Positions 37,501-49,994 of a stretch of DNA of 64,000 nt are shown here, one piece after another; within the stretch, counting starts at the first letter, position 1, and each line of letters opens with the position of its first letter. The stretch comes from Phoronis australis (taxonomy: Eukaryota; Animalia; Phoronida): the NCBI GenBank assembly GCA_002633005.1, contig NMRA01000001.1, positions 4,566,694-4,630,693 on the forward strand. Reading direction: 5' to 3'. The notes under the pieces are model-generated. The model saw only the letters and a program-made list of their open reading frames with translations, was not told the origin of the DNA and made no database searches. Made by a program: the position numbers and the translations under genes.

Positions 37501-40500
37501 CATGGTTTATGGTGCCACCTAATGACAGGGAAACATTTGGTGTGTTGGGGTCCAGCCAGTAGTTTTTGCATCTTGGCTAGAAGAGATGTAGCAGTAAGAG
37601 TAGTCAGTGATCGTGTGGTCTGTTGCTGGTGCTTTGTTAGAGTTGTCAAGTGTGCATTGATTGGTTGTATTTCTGGTAAATCCCACAGAGGGCAACACTG
37701 CTTTATACATTTGTCTTCATTAGGCTGCTGGTAGTGTCGTGAGTAGGTTTGGTGTTTGTATAAATTATTTGTTCAATGTTTGTTACCACTGGTCACCATG
37801 TCATGTGCGTGTGGTGTGCATGAAGTTCATCTTCAGCCTGGACCTTCACACCGTCAGTTGAGTCCAGTACTTGCTGTCTGCTTGTAATGCACAAAACACA
37901 GTTTGTGTTCTCAGTCACAGTGTCATAGCACTCTGTGCAATTATACGTTGAGTTTGCTCCGTGCTTAAGTAGAGCGAAATGCAAACACTTGCATCTTCAG
38001 AAGCATTTTAATGTGGTATAGGAACTGACATCATTAGAAGGTGACTGAACGAGGATTGGTTGAAGTCGTCAAAACAGGGTTTAGCATCCTTTTAAGTATT
38101 AAATCAATGGGTGAAACATATTCAGTGTGAACAATGAGTGAAACGTGTTCAGAATGAACAATGGGTCAAACATACTTCAGATTGAACAATGGGTCAAACA
38201 CATTCAGAGTGAGCAATTGGTCAAACATATTCAGAGTGAACATTGAGTGAAACATATTCAGAGTGAACAATGATTGAAACATCTTGTGAGTGAGCAATGC
38301 ATCAAAGATATTCAGAGTGAACAATAGGTCATGTATATTCTGAGTGAACAATTGATTAAACATAGTCAGAGTGAACGATGGGTGAAACACATTTTACTGC
38401 ATGCTTTCACGTGTAACCTGTTCACAACAGTGTAGAAATTGTGGTTTATCTGTGAGGATGCATTTCTCCCAACAGATTCTCCTCATTTATTCAAGCATAT
38501 GTGTGATGTTTTGTATGTTTGTAACTAGAAAGACAAAACAGTCTTGAAAATTAAGTTTTTAATTCAAAGTAAATTAGCACATTAGGCTGAAGTTGCTGTG
38601 TCCACTTGGCTCTTGTACCCTTAAAGTGTCAGTCAAACATTTCTATTGTCATTTTGGTTATGTTACTATTTTCTGGTTATCCTAGATAGATTTTCAAGTT
38701 TGCCAGATTCCCCCAAGAATTGACTTTCGCAGCCCGAATCATTAACTATACAGTTTTTCTTGTGAGACTATGCATTTTGGACATCTGTCAACTTGATTTT
38801 ATACTATTTTCCAAAGAATGCTAGAATTATTTGTCTTAGTGGCGTTTTCCCGGACAATCCTAGAATGACTTTGAACTCAGTTAAGTTGGATTTAGCCTTT
38901 ATTTGATCGGCAGCCGACAGGAAATTGTAAGCGTGCACAAAACATGAATCATGTACATGGTGAAAGTGTTGGTTGTTGGCCTTGGACACTGCAGTGACAT
39001 CACAAGCATGAGTGGCACCAACTTTGTGACCTTGGGTCAGTAGTGTAGCTGCAGCTCATGATTCTACACAATACAAAACAGAACTCCTAGCAGATGGTGA
39101 TGGTACTCAGAAGGCAAATACCGATAGTATAGCATCCTCCTTTAGAACATCTAAAAATGCAATAGTTTTACACCACTTTTGCCATGTAATGAAAAGGTAA
39201 TGTTGGAGTCTTGACACGAACTAAGCAACTCCACCGGATCTTGTCTCCTACTGGAAATTGGTGACATGGAACTCATAGACTTTTTGAGAGCTGGTGATGC
39301 TGCATCCTCGTAACATGCAGGCATACTGAATATGCTACGGAGGTAGACAAATACTGGTGTAACTTGTTACAAACTGACATATGCTAGACTCACCCAATGT
39401 CAAACACTGTTTAAAGTCCATGTTAGCAAAACTGGCAGGGAAGGATTGGAGCTGCGAACATCACTTCCTGGAGTGATGCATGCATAATTAGTTAGGACAT
39501 AAGGGAATTTATTTAATGTGAAAGTTTATCCAGGATAACCGGAAAATCACAATTTTACCCCAAATGACACTAAAATATCTTGTTAGATATGTGACTCTGT
39601 TTACTTGGCTTGTCAACTTAATTATATGTTCGGATATGTTTTGAAAGGTTTTGTTCTCTGTTTTAAGATTCAGGGTTATAGATGTGGTCAGCCTTCTGAC
39701 TACCTTATGGTTGTGTGGAGCTCTAGATCATCTACCAAATTTGACTAAGTACGGTCATTGAATTCCAAAGAAACTTTCAGATACTAGACAAATGCACTGT
39801 AATCCAGTACATTTTTTGTTGTTTTTTCACTTTGAAAAGTTGCACAAAACAAAAACAAAATGATTATAGTTAAGAAATTTGTAACATCGTTTTCATATCG
39901 TTGTTTTGCTGTTACTGTACTTTTCTTGTCACCAATCTACCATTTAATGGCAGATAAGTATAGAAAGTCAAAATTCAAAGTTAACAGATTTTCTGTTTTT
40001 AAAAAATATCTACATACTTTTACTGAGTGGAATTACTTTGTTTAGGTAGTTGGCTAAATGAACAGCCCTCATTTTTTCTGTACAGAGTGAGAGAAAATTG
40101 AAAAAATAATTTACTCCTTACGCATACATCTGTGTTGAAGGTAAACTTATCTCCCCTGTAGGAGCTTGAGGAAGAACATGATGTTCTGCATGAAGAGTTG
40201 CGGAAGTTGAATGAAGACTATAATGTGTTGAAGCTGAAAATGGCTGCTATGGAGTCTGCAGACCGACTAGAGGCTACATCTGTTGATGAAACTTTAGTGA
40301 ACAGTTTACAGAGTGAGGTGAGATATAGTGTCCTATTCTCCTGAAGAACTAATTGTTGTTAAGTCTTCAACTTTAAAATTAATGTGCATGACTACATGAC
40401 GTGTGAATGTGCTCGTAATATAATAAAAACTGCCCTTAACTCACAATGAGTGGGCGGAGTTACAAGCTGCACTGAACTCACAATGGGTGGAGTTACAAGC

Positions 40501-43500
40501 TGCATTGAGCACACAGTGGGTGGAGTATGCAGGGGTGGATCCAGCATTTTGAGTCNCTACCAAATTTGACTAAGTACGGTCATTGAATTCCAAAGAAACT
40601 TTCAGATACTAGACAAATGCACTGTAATCCAGTACATTTTTTGTTGTTTTTTCACTTTGAAAAGTTGCACAAAACAAAAACAAAATGATTATAGTTAAGA
40701 AATTTGTAACATCGATTTCATATCGTTGTTTTGCTATTACTGTACTTTTCTTGTCACCAATCTACCATTTAATGGCAGATAAGTATAGAAAGTCAAAATT
40801 CAAAGTTAACAGATTTTCTGTTTTTAAAAAATATCTACATACTTTTACTGAGTTGAATTACTTTGTTTAGGTATTTGGATAAATGAACAGCCCTCATTTT
40901 TTCTGTACAGAGTGAGAAATAATTGAAAAAATAATTTACTCCTTACGCATACATCTGTGTTGAAGGTAAACTTATCTCCACTTTAGGAGCTTGAGGAAGA
41001 ACATGATGTTCTGCATGAAGAGTTGCGGAAGTTGAATGAAGACTATAATGTGTTGAAGCTGAAAATGGCGGCAATGGAGTCTGCAGACCGACTAGAGGCA
41101 ACATCTGTTGATGAAACTTTAGTGAACAGTTTACAGACTGAGGTGAGATATAGTTTCCTATTCTCCTGAAGAACTAATTGTTGTTAAGTTTTCAACTTTA
41201 AGTGTATATGACGTGTGAATGTGCTCGTAATACAATAAAAACTGCCCTTAACTCACAATGAGTGGGCGGAGTTACAAGCTGCACTGAACTCACAATGGGT
41301 GGAGTTACAAGCTGAATTGAGCACACAGTGGGTGGAGTATGCAGGGGTGGATCCAGGATTTTGANNNNGGGGGGGGGGGGGGGGGGTTTAGGGCAAGGTA
41401 TTAGCCAGGATTTTGCCCATCAGACATTTGCACTCCCAAACTGCCTATTGGAATCTGAATCTGGGAGAATTTTAAGGAGGGGGGAGGGTGTGGGGGGCAT
41501 TGCCCCCTTGCCTCCCCCTGAATCTGCCACTGGTATGCAATAGTTTTTACTTATTGTGGAATGCAATTAGTCTTAAGGCATTTTTGAGACCTGGTTTAAA
41601 ATAGTGGAGTCCATATTGGGTGGCAGTTAGTTTCTTGGTTTATATTTTTGTGAAAAATTAGTAATAGAAGTATTAAGGTAGTTGATTATTCATCAATTTC
41701 TGATGAAATATTAAGCAAGACAGGTTAAATATTTAAATATACCATCAAAAAGCAGTGTTTTTAGAAGTGCGTGTGGGAGAAAACAGGTGACCTAGAAACT
41801 TGCCACAAAGCTTGCTTTTACAACCCTTTTAAGCGATTACAAGTGTTCCTTAATATGGCATCATCATATGTCAAGTCCAGTTAACAGTTGGTTAGGGTTC
41901 ATTTATGGAACAGCTATATGTCCTTAATAATAAATTAAGGAATAACTTTCATGTCAATATGAATGAGTTCAGCAGATTTTTCTAGAATAACTTTGTGATA
42001 CTGAAGGGTCTAGTTGTTTTCTTATACTGAACTTTTCATTTGATCAGGTGAAACAACTCGAGGAGAAGTTATCACAAGTAATGGATGACCGGACAGAGTT
42101 AAAAGAAGAAGTTGAAATCCTGCAAGCCAAACTAAGCACTTATGAGGTAAGTGTTTACAGATGAATTTCTTTCACAACATGGCCTTATTTTATAGCAAAG
42201 GTTTGTTCTGATTGTTTATAGCATAATAAAGTATGTTTGAGGTATATTTTAAGTGGCTGACTGCTTGTTATTAAAGTTTTCCATATTGTGTATGTCTGTG
42301 TTTTTGTTTCTCACAGCCCTCTGGTGACAAAAGTGAAAATGACAGTTGGGGAGATAGCGATGATGATTTGTTTGACCTACCAGGTGAGTGAGTACGTTCT
42401 ATTAGGAGTTGACTACGTAGGAAATTCTGATAACTTGAAAACATGTTCTTGCAGGTAGTTTGAGGTACATTTTGGCAGGCAGATGTACATTGTGGCTGGC
42501 AGACGTGCATTGTGGCTGGCTGACGTAGATTGTGGCAGTAGTACGTGGCCTTCAGTTCCAAGTTTTATGATGATTTTCAAAGTCAGTGTGGTATGAGACT
42601 TTTGTAAAATGTTTATGTTAAAAAACTAGTGATAAAATGAAATATTACACTGCAGGAAATAAGAGAACAACATCCGCGCTAAAACTGGTAAACAAGAAAT
42701 CAACTGTCAGACTGACAACTGCCCCAAGTGAGAATGGGGGTAAAACTGACTTGGAGAAAGAGTTGGAGGAATTGAGGAAGGAAAACAGTCAGCTCAAGTC
42801 AGAGGTATGGTTGTGAGTTTGGGATGGATTACTTGTAAGAACAATGATAACACAGTGAAGTAAACAGTCAACTCATGTTGTAGGTATGGGTGTGAGTGTG
42901 GGATGGATTACTTGTAAAACGAATGATAACACATTCAAGTCTGAGGAATGGGTGTGAATGTAAAAGCAATGATAACACGTTGACGTAAACAGTCACCTTA
43001 AGTCAGAAGTATGGGTGTGAGTCTGGTCTGGATTACTTGTAAAAGCAATGACAACACATTGACGTAAACAGTCACCTTAAGTCAGGGGTATGGGTACGAA
43101 TCTGGTCTGGATTAAGACCAATTATAAAAAAATCATTAAAGGAAACAGTCAACTTAAGACAAAAATATGAGTTAGGACATCATTAGGATAATCTAAACTT
43201 TGTTATCAGGTCAAAATTTAAATCTCAAATTGTCAAATGTGGTAACTTAGCGTTATTTGTTCAGGTTAAGGTGTCCCCTTGTGATACCAACTGAATAGTA
43301 CAGACCAAACGGCGGTCTTCAAATATTGACTGGCTATGTATAGTGAGAGAATTTAATCTTTCTTGAAGAAAAATCAAAACTTTATTATGCCAAGTGAAAT
43401 TCGTTGCGTATTCAAAAAGATTTGTCTTTCTTGAAATTTTTACAGAGTGTGAGTAAAATTGTTTTGTGTAACCAATTTGTCATGATTTGACATATATCTG

Positions 43501-46500
43501 TTTAATAAAGAAACTAATGTTTTGCTAAACCTTTTCTGATCAAGTAAATGTACACTAAACTTTGATCTGATTTCAAAGTATGAGTATTTCATTATTTTGA
43601 ACCATCTCTAATTTCTCTCATTTTATGTAATTTTTCTGAATTGGATATTTCTTCAATTGGCACTGAAAGATTTTATTGCAAGCTGTTTCTTTTTAGCTAA
43701 CCATTATGACCACACACGAACACGGATGAACAATTTTAGTGTAAACAAAACAAGGTGTTCTGCTCCAGTGGCATGCGAACTGTGGCCATAGTGGTCACAA
43801 CTTTATTCCCTAAGTTTATCACCTGGGTTTTAGCTCAAGTNGGGAGATAGCGATGATGATTTGTTTGACCTACCAGGTGAGTGAGTACGTTCTATTAGGA
43901 GTTGACTACGTAGGAAATTCTGATAACTTGAAGACATGCTCTTGCAGGTAGTTTGAGGTACATTTTGGCAGGCAGACGTACATTGTGGCTGGCAGACGTG
44001 CATTGTGGCTGGCTGACGTAGATTGTGGCAGTAGTATGTGGCCTTCAGTTCCAAGTTTTATGATGATTTTCAAAGTCAGTGTGATATGAGACTTTTGTAA
44101 AATGTTTATGTTAAAAAATTAGTGATAAAATAAAATATTACACTGCAGGAAATAAGAGAACAACATCTGCGCTAAAACTGGTAAACAAGAAATCAACTGT
44201 CAGACTGACAACTGCCCCAAGTGAGAATGGGGGTAAAACTGACTTGGAGAAAGAGTTGGAGGAATTGAGGAAGGAAAACAGTCAGCTCAAGTCAGAGGTA
44301 TGGGTGTGAGTGTGGGATGGATTACTTGTAAAAGCAATGATAACACATTCAAGTCTGAGGAATGGGTGTGAATGTAAAAGCAATGATAACACATTGACAT
44401 AAACAGTCACTTTAAGTCAGAAGTATGGGTGTGAGTCTGGTCTGGATTACTTGTAAAAGCAATGATAACACATTGACGTAAACAGTCACCTTAAGTCAGG
44501 GGTATGGGTACGAATCTGGTCTGGATTAAGACCAATTATAAAAAAATCATTAAAGGAAACAGTCAACTTAAGACAAAAATTGTCCAATCAAAACGCAGCT
44601 GTCAAGAGATATTCACCAGACTCAAATGTTAATAAAATCTGGGTTCGAGATTAGTTCTTGGTGCTTCAAATTATTTCCATATCTGGGGTTTAATTGGGGT
44701 ATTCATAAAAACTGTGTCTTGTAAAACATTCTTATTCTGTACTTTCTAGGCTCTCCAAAACTCCACAGAGGGCATTGCTCACAATGATGACCAGCAGCTT
44801 GTGCCTAAGTTCCAGTATGATGAACTGCTGAAAGCAGCAGATGAAGATCGCCATCTATTGAGGGTAAAGATAAACGAGTTGGAAACCCAGAACTTGGACC
44901 TTAGTCAGAAGGTGAGAAACTGGTGTTGCACCATTGTTTCGAGATTTAAGACTATTACTGGCATTCAGTGCCATCATGTGACACAAAAGGCTTGAATAGT
45001 ATGCCAAGTCTAGTAAAGTACTCTCTTAAAGTGGATGGTCTATTGAGAAGGTCCTAAGGAAGAAACGGAAATGTTGTTTTGTGATGCACTCACACCATGT
45101 CCTGTTGTAGATGGAACCGCTCATTAATGTTACTGTTCCGTTTATGTCTGTAGGTTGGTGAGCTAGAAGGCGAGTCTTATGAAGAACTGTGTCTGGAACT
45201 GACCAATGAGAATGATGAGCTGAAAGAACAAGTAGCAGAACTGGAAGAAAAGATTGCTGAGTATGAGTCCAGCTCATGCAGCCAGATGAGAGAAGAGGAT
45301 AAGGGGTCAGAGGTCGTGCAGCTAAGGGAGACAGTAGCCAGGCAACAGAAGGAACTGGCTCACTTGAAAACAGTGGAGCTAGAAGAACAAAGAAATGATC
45401 TGTTAAAATCAGATAATTCTTTGGAAGTAGATGAACTGAAGGAGACCATTCTTAATCAGGAAAGGACGATTGGAGAGTTAAAACAGATTGAAAGTCAGCG
45501 GAGTGAGATGGAAGTTCATATTTGTGAATTAAAAAATGATCTTGCCACACATGAACAAATGTTGACTAGTGTAAGGAGTGTTGTTAAAGGGAGGATTGAG
45601 CAGGAGGATTCAGTACCTGTTGATGAACTTGTAAAATTGTGTATAACGAAATTGTCAAACAAAAACCATGAAATCACTAACAGTATGCAGACTATGGAAC
45701 AGGAACTAGATCGTGTGAACTCCACCATTTCTTCAGAGAAGGAAGCTTTTTGTCAAAAGGAAGCTGAATTTTCTAATATAAAGATTTCCTTAGAGAATGA
45801 GATTGAGGAACTGTCGAAAGTGATTGCAGACCAAAAGGTAACTTTAGCAGATGTGCAAAGTCGAGCAGACGACGAGTTATCTGCACTGTCCAAAACCGTG
45901 GATGAGCAGAAACAAAAAATGAGTGCTTTACAAACTTCTTTGGATAAGGTTCATTCTGAGATGACAGTGGCAGTCACTCAGCACAAGGAAGAGTTGAGGA
46001 AAGTTGAAGCAGATTCTGAATCAAACAGCAAGTTGGAGTTGACGAGTTTACAGCAATCTTTAGAAAGTGAGATTGAACAGCTAACGAGTGTGATTTCAGA
46101 ACAAAAGATTACACTTGCAGATGTGCAAAGACAAGCAGACGTTGAGATATCCACATTGTCCAAAGCTGTGGATGAGCAAAAACAGTTAATTGCTACCTTG
46201 CAAAGTTCAATGAATCAGGCTCAGTCTGAGATGTCCACCATTGTTTCACAGCATAAAGAGGAGATAAGTTGCCTGAAAGAACAGTTAGAATCAAATAGCA
46301 AGTCAGGGGCTGATGAGGTGAATGACTTGCAGGAGACAAATAATGTGCTGAGGTCACAGGTCAAGCAACACGAAAGGGAACTAGATTCTCTTAGGCAAAG
46401 GTCAAGGTTATGTGATGAGTTGGACACGACAAACGCAGCACTAAAGTTGGAAGTGCAGGCTTTACAGAATAAACTTGACGTGGCCATTTCAAACAATGAC

Positions 46501-47742
46501 ACTGTTGCAAACAGATTGAAATCTGAGAACAATGACTTGATAGTGGATAGGGATCAAATGAAAGCAATTGTTGACAAGTTGAGGGCATCAGCTGTTGAAA
46601 AAAATGAAGAGTTTGAAAACAGACTCAGTGAAGTAAACCAAACCCGTAAGAGTGAGATGTTTGCTATGGAGTCACAGATGGATGAATTAAAAAGTGAAAT
46701 TAAGAAGAAATCAGACTTGATATCTGAGCTAAAAGTTGAGCATGACAAACAATGGTCAGAGTTGTCTTCAAACAACTCAGTTAAGGAAAGTTTGGAATCA
46801 GAACTAAAGAATCTGCAATCAAAAGTGGAGGGACAGGCTAAGCTGATAGTCAGCATAGAAACCAGGTGTAAGCAGCAAGAATTCGATTTGGAAGAGCGTT
46901 GGAGAGAGATGGAGGAATCAAAAGTAGAAAAGAAGAAACTAGAAGAGGAAGTAGGTAGTCTGGGAAAATCTTGCGAAGGTCTTAAGGAGGAGGTGAAGCA
47001 TCTGAGGAGAGATTGTGACAGACATGAGGCAGAGGTGAAGAGGATGGAGGGACACTTTGAAGGGAACAAGCCAAGGTGTCTTGGAGAGATAGACTCTCTT
47101 CAGAGAGAGTTGAGGGAATATAAGCTGGAGGTTGAGAAACGGAAGATGGAGTCTGACCAACTTGGAGAAGAAGTAGAGAGACTGAAGACTGATCTTTGTG
47201 ATGTGTCTGGGGAGAAAGAGAAGTGGAGGAAGTTAATCCAAGAGAAAGAGGTGGTAAACTCGGAGCTTGAAAACAAAGTGACTTCTCTTTTTGACCAACT
47301 TTCTACAACATCCAGTAAGGTCCAGCAAGTGGCTGATCTGGAGAAGCAAGTTACAGGCCTACAGCAGCAGCTACTAGTAAGTGAACATCTGCTTGTTGTG
47401 TAAAATTCATAAGAAAAGTTCACTGCTTGAGAGTGCTGACATATACTTGTATCTGAACACTGACATAAAAGTTGGAATTTTAACTTGTTCTGAAGTGGAA
47501 ATTTCTTAGTACGTTGTGCTCCTCTAGTAAATCACGTGGTTTTGGTGTGTTGAATTGTGGTTGCTATTATGTACTTCATATTCACCAACTGCTGTGTTTT
47601 GCAGGAGAAAGATGGCCGACACAAGGAAATAGTGGATACATACCGCACTCATCTGCTGGGAGCAATACAAGGGAACATGGACCCTGCAGTGCAGCAAGCT
47701 TTACAGCACATTGTTCAGTTACGTGCCAGTGATGGATGTTGA
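31575..47742 (+). CDS. Ankyrin-repeat plus long coiled-coil protein of the RAI14 (ankycorbin)/UACA/ANKRD24 family. Exons 31575-31622, 32464-32594, 33504-33657, 33919-34053, 34392-34498, 34863-35088, 35375-35440, 36397-36498, 40162-40317 (duplicate 40987-41142), 42048-42146, 42317-42383, 42656-42804 (duplicate 44149-44297), 44750-44911, 45154-47376, 47605-47742
   Basis: N-terminus MSKMKSLFKFKKSQTD|LSDWNKADDKLVAAIEDGNIDKVESLLKKK resembles RAI14 as recalled. Ankyrin repeats GRTPLHIAA, WTPLHHAC, GKTPLFLAA, RTPLMYAA. A 2.2-kb coiled-coil exon. C-terminal family motif HKEIVDTYRTHLLGAIQGNMDPAVQQALQHIVQLR. All exon phases are compatible. Confidence 0.92.
38105..38392. repeat. 27-bp minisatellite (AATGGGTCAAACATATTCAGAGTGAAC), about 10-11 copies, intronic
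   Basis: Directly visible; explains the ORF at 38166-38390. Confidence 0.92.
39733..41363. repeat. ~820-bp direct duplication around a single N at 40556, containing a coding exon; probable haplotype artefact
   Basis: 39733-40551 vs 40557-41363 are colinear with scattered SNPs. Confidence 0.88.
41342..41532 (-). mobile_element. Non-autonomous CAGTGGCGGA-family element, reverse orientation, 5-bp TSD GTATG
   Basis: GTATG|CAGGGGTGGATCCAGGATTTT...GAATCTGCCACTG|GTATG. Confidence 0.88.
42347..44580. repeat. Direct duplication (about 42347-43170 vs 43842-44580), second copy starting at a single N at 43841; probable haplotype artefact
   Basis: The second copy begins mid-exon immediately after the N; the minisatellite arrays differ in unit number. 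Confidence 0.85.
42782..43160. repeat. ~79-bp minisatellite, about 5 degenerate copies, whose unit spans an exon end and splice donor (second copy 44276-44572)
   Basis: AAACAGTCA.CT.AAGTCAGAG|GTATGGGTGTGAGT...GGATTACTTGTAAAAGCAATGATAACAC repeated. Confidence 0.85.
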
Positions 47743-49059
47743 TCAGGGGCAATACAGGAGAATAATGACACTGATGTACAACTGATGTATGTAAAGGAGT
47801 GTCATCACCAAGACATATAGTTAAGCATGTTGGATACTGAACATGGATTTTGACTATAGTTTTTAAATCCCAAAAGTGCTTTGGTTAAGAATTTAACATT
47901 AATAGATAAACACCGGCGAAATGCATCTTTAAATCTTTAAAACAATGCTCTCTAGACACTCACTTATCCCTAAACATTTCATTGAAGAACAGAAAATCTT
48001 TTTAAAATAGCGTAAATTGGTAAGTGTGACTAATGTTTTGGGCGTGTTAATGGTGACTGTGGGGGCAGACGACAAGTCCAACGAGTCAATTGGTGATGCA
48101 GTGAAGACAGTTTTAGCTGACAAATCCTTTTATTTTAATGGGGAATTATCATTTACACAATATCAGGTGACAGAAGCTGTTTTGGGCTGTACCACCAAAA
48201 CATGGTTCACTATTCATTTGAATTCTAGTTGTTCAGCCTGGTTTCCCAATGCTCACATGACACAGTCAAACAAGCTTCTCAGCTGCGCATAGCTCAGTGG
48301 GTGACAAAACGCCATCGGCTTTTTGTCACTAGATATATGCGCTCATATGTTCGTGTTCTTCATTAACCTTAGAATTTAAGCTGTGACTGGACCGCTTTGT
48401 CCAAGTGGAACACTTGTCACATATCTCAGTTCTGATGCACCACTAGGCAACATTCCTGAGTTGACTTTCATCTTTGAGGCGTGCTGATTCAGTCGACTTT
48501 GCTGGCACTTTACTTGGCATTTCCTCTTCTAGTTATCTCCACATTTCTACCGCTGACAGCTTGCTAACTGTTATGCCTTTCAATGTTGCTGATTAAGGTG
48601 TTGCAATAAAATCTCTTTCTTTGGTCTTAAAACTCTGATTCTGTTACACAGGAACACTCCTACTGTATATCTCCTCTATAATCTGAAAACCACCTCTGTT
48701 TTCTGAACTAGGTCAATATCTGCTGGCTTGTTCATGACTATGAACAGACTCCGATGTCACCCATGAAGGCATTTCTCAAAATAACCTGCTGGATATAGAA
48801 CTGCATTCCTGTCCTTTGAACTGACTGATGTGCCTGGAAGGGGACTGTTTATCACCCAATTTGACTTGCATAGCAATACATCCGGCTTGCAATCTTCAAA
48901 AATGTGTGAACGTGCAGATAAACTACATATAATAGCATTCGGTGATACAGTACTCACGAAAGTTCAGTATGACCCCCAAACAAGTCGTGGAGTAAATTTA
49001 TCTCCTTCATCCTAGTGTCGCTTAGCAAATGATTGTTGAAGCTAGATGAAGTACCGGCG

Positions 49060-49990
49060 TGGTCTTTCTGTCTGGTCGTAGGAGTGCGTGATGAGAGTTG
49101 TAATGTAACGGACCTTCGTTGGGTTTGCCATCACTTAACTTACGGGGAAAGCCTCTACATCTACGTTGTAAACGTTTCCAAAGAAGTGTATTTCTGTCAC
49201 TCCATCGGTGCACTTCGACTTGTTGAAGTCTTACCCTTTCTCTCGTGCTGTGACCATGTGACCGTTAAGATGACGATTGTGCTGTTCTTCAGTCTTGTCG
49301 AACACATTCGTGTCGTCTGCGATCGACACCACGCTTGACAAGTTTTGAAGTGCCATACGTGCCAGAATACGTTTTTCCTGACTTTAAGGTCACGTAGTAG
49401 TCGCTTAAAGCAGATTGAACCGTCCAAGTGGACTGGCACTGACCAAAGGCCTCACTTTTTGTCAACTTTACTGAAAACTTTTTTTCCAGTATGAACCTGT
49501 GAGTAAATTCCTCTGGAGCAGGCTTGTGATGCTGGTTTCTCCTCAACGCTTGGTTGAGATCTTTTGGGTCTATGCATATTCACAGACTTCCATCTGCTTT
49601 CCTGGTAGATGACACCCAGTCGGTAGGTTCTGTGATGGTTAAATTGCATCGAATGAATGCGTTTTCTCAACTTTTTATTTGGTCTCGCAACTAGATCGGT
49701 GCACGACAGGTTGTTTCTGTCTGTTAGTTTGTGTACTATGGGGAATTTTCCAAGTCCACAATTTTGTCTGAGTATGCTTTGACCAGCTCGTCGCACGTAT
49801 TGGTAACAGCATTATTTGTTGAAACACTGCAATTCGTCTGTACCATCTGAAGTTGCTCGCACATCTGAAGGCCGAATTGGGCCCAGGTGTGTTCTCAACG
49901 AAATAGTGATAGGTGCCCATGCCTATGCCTGGTTTTTATATGGTATTGTAATTACAGTGTGTTGCAGTATACCAGTTTGTGGTGCCCTCC
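49060..49990 (-). mobile_element. Decayed Ty3/Gypsy LTR-retrotransposon pol fragment (protease end plus reverse transcriptase)
   Basis: Minus-strand frameshifted motifs in correct order: YFVENTPGP / GLQMCEQLQMV; GLGKFP; EPTDWVSS.RKADGSL*ICIDPKDLNQALRRNQH; CFKRLL..LKV; VVSIADDTNVFDKTEEQHNRHL...AREKG*DFNKSKC...IHFFGNVY. Confidence 0.85.
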
Positions 49991-49994
49991 TAAC

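Noticed and set aside
37110-37984. Cluster of short ORFs in an ankyrin-gene intron as a nested gene
   Set aside because: No recognisable domain or consistent splice chain; part is repeat-derived (CTAGTGGC-type motifs).
45516-47423. Several antisense ORFs up to 171 aa
   Set aside because: Shadow frames of the E/K/L-rich coiled-coil exon.
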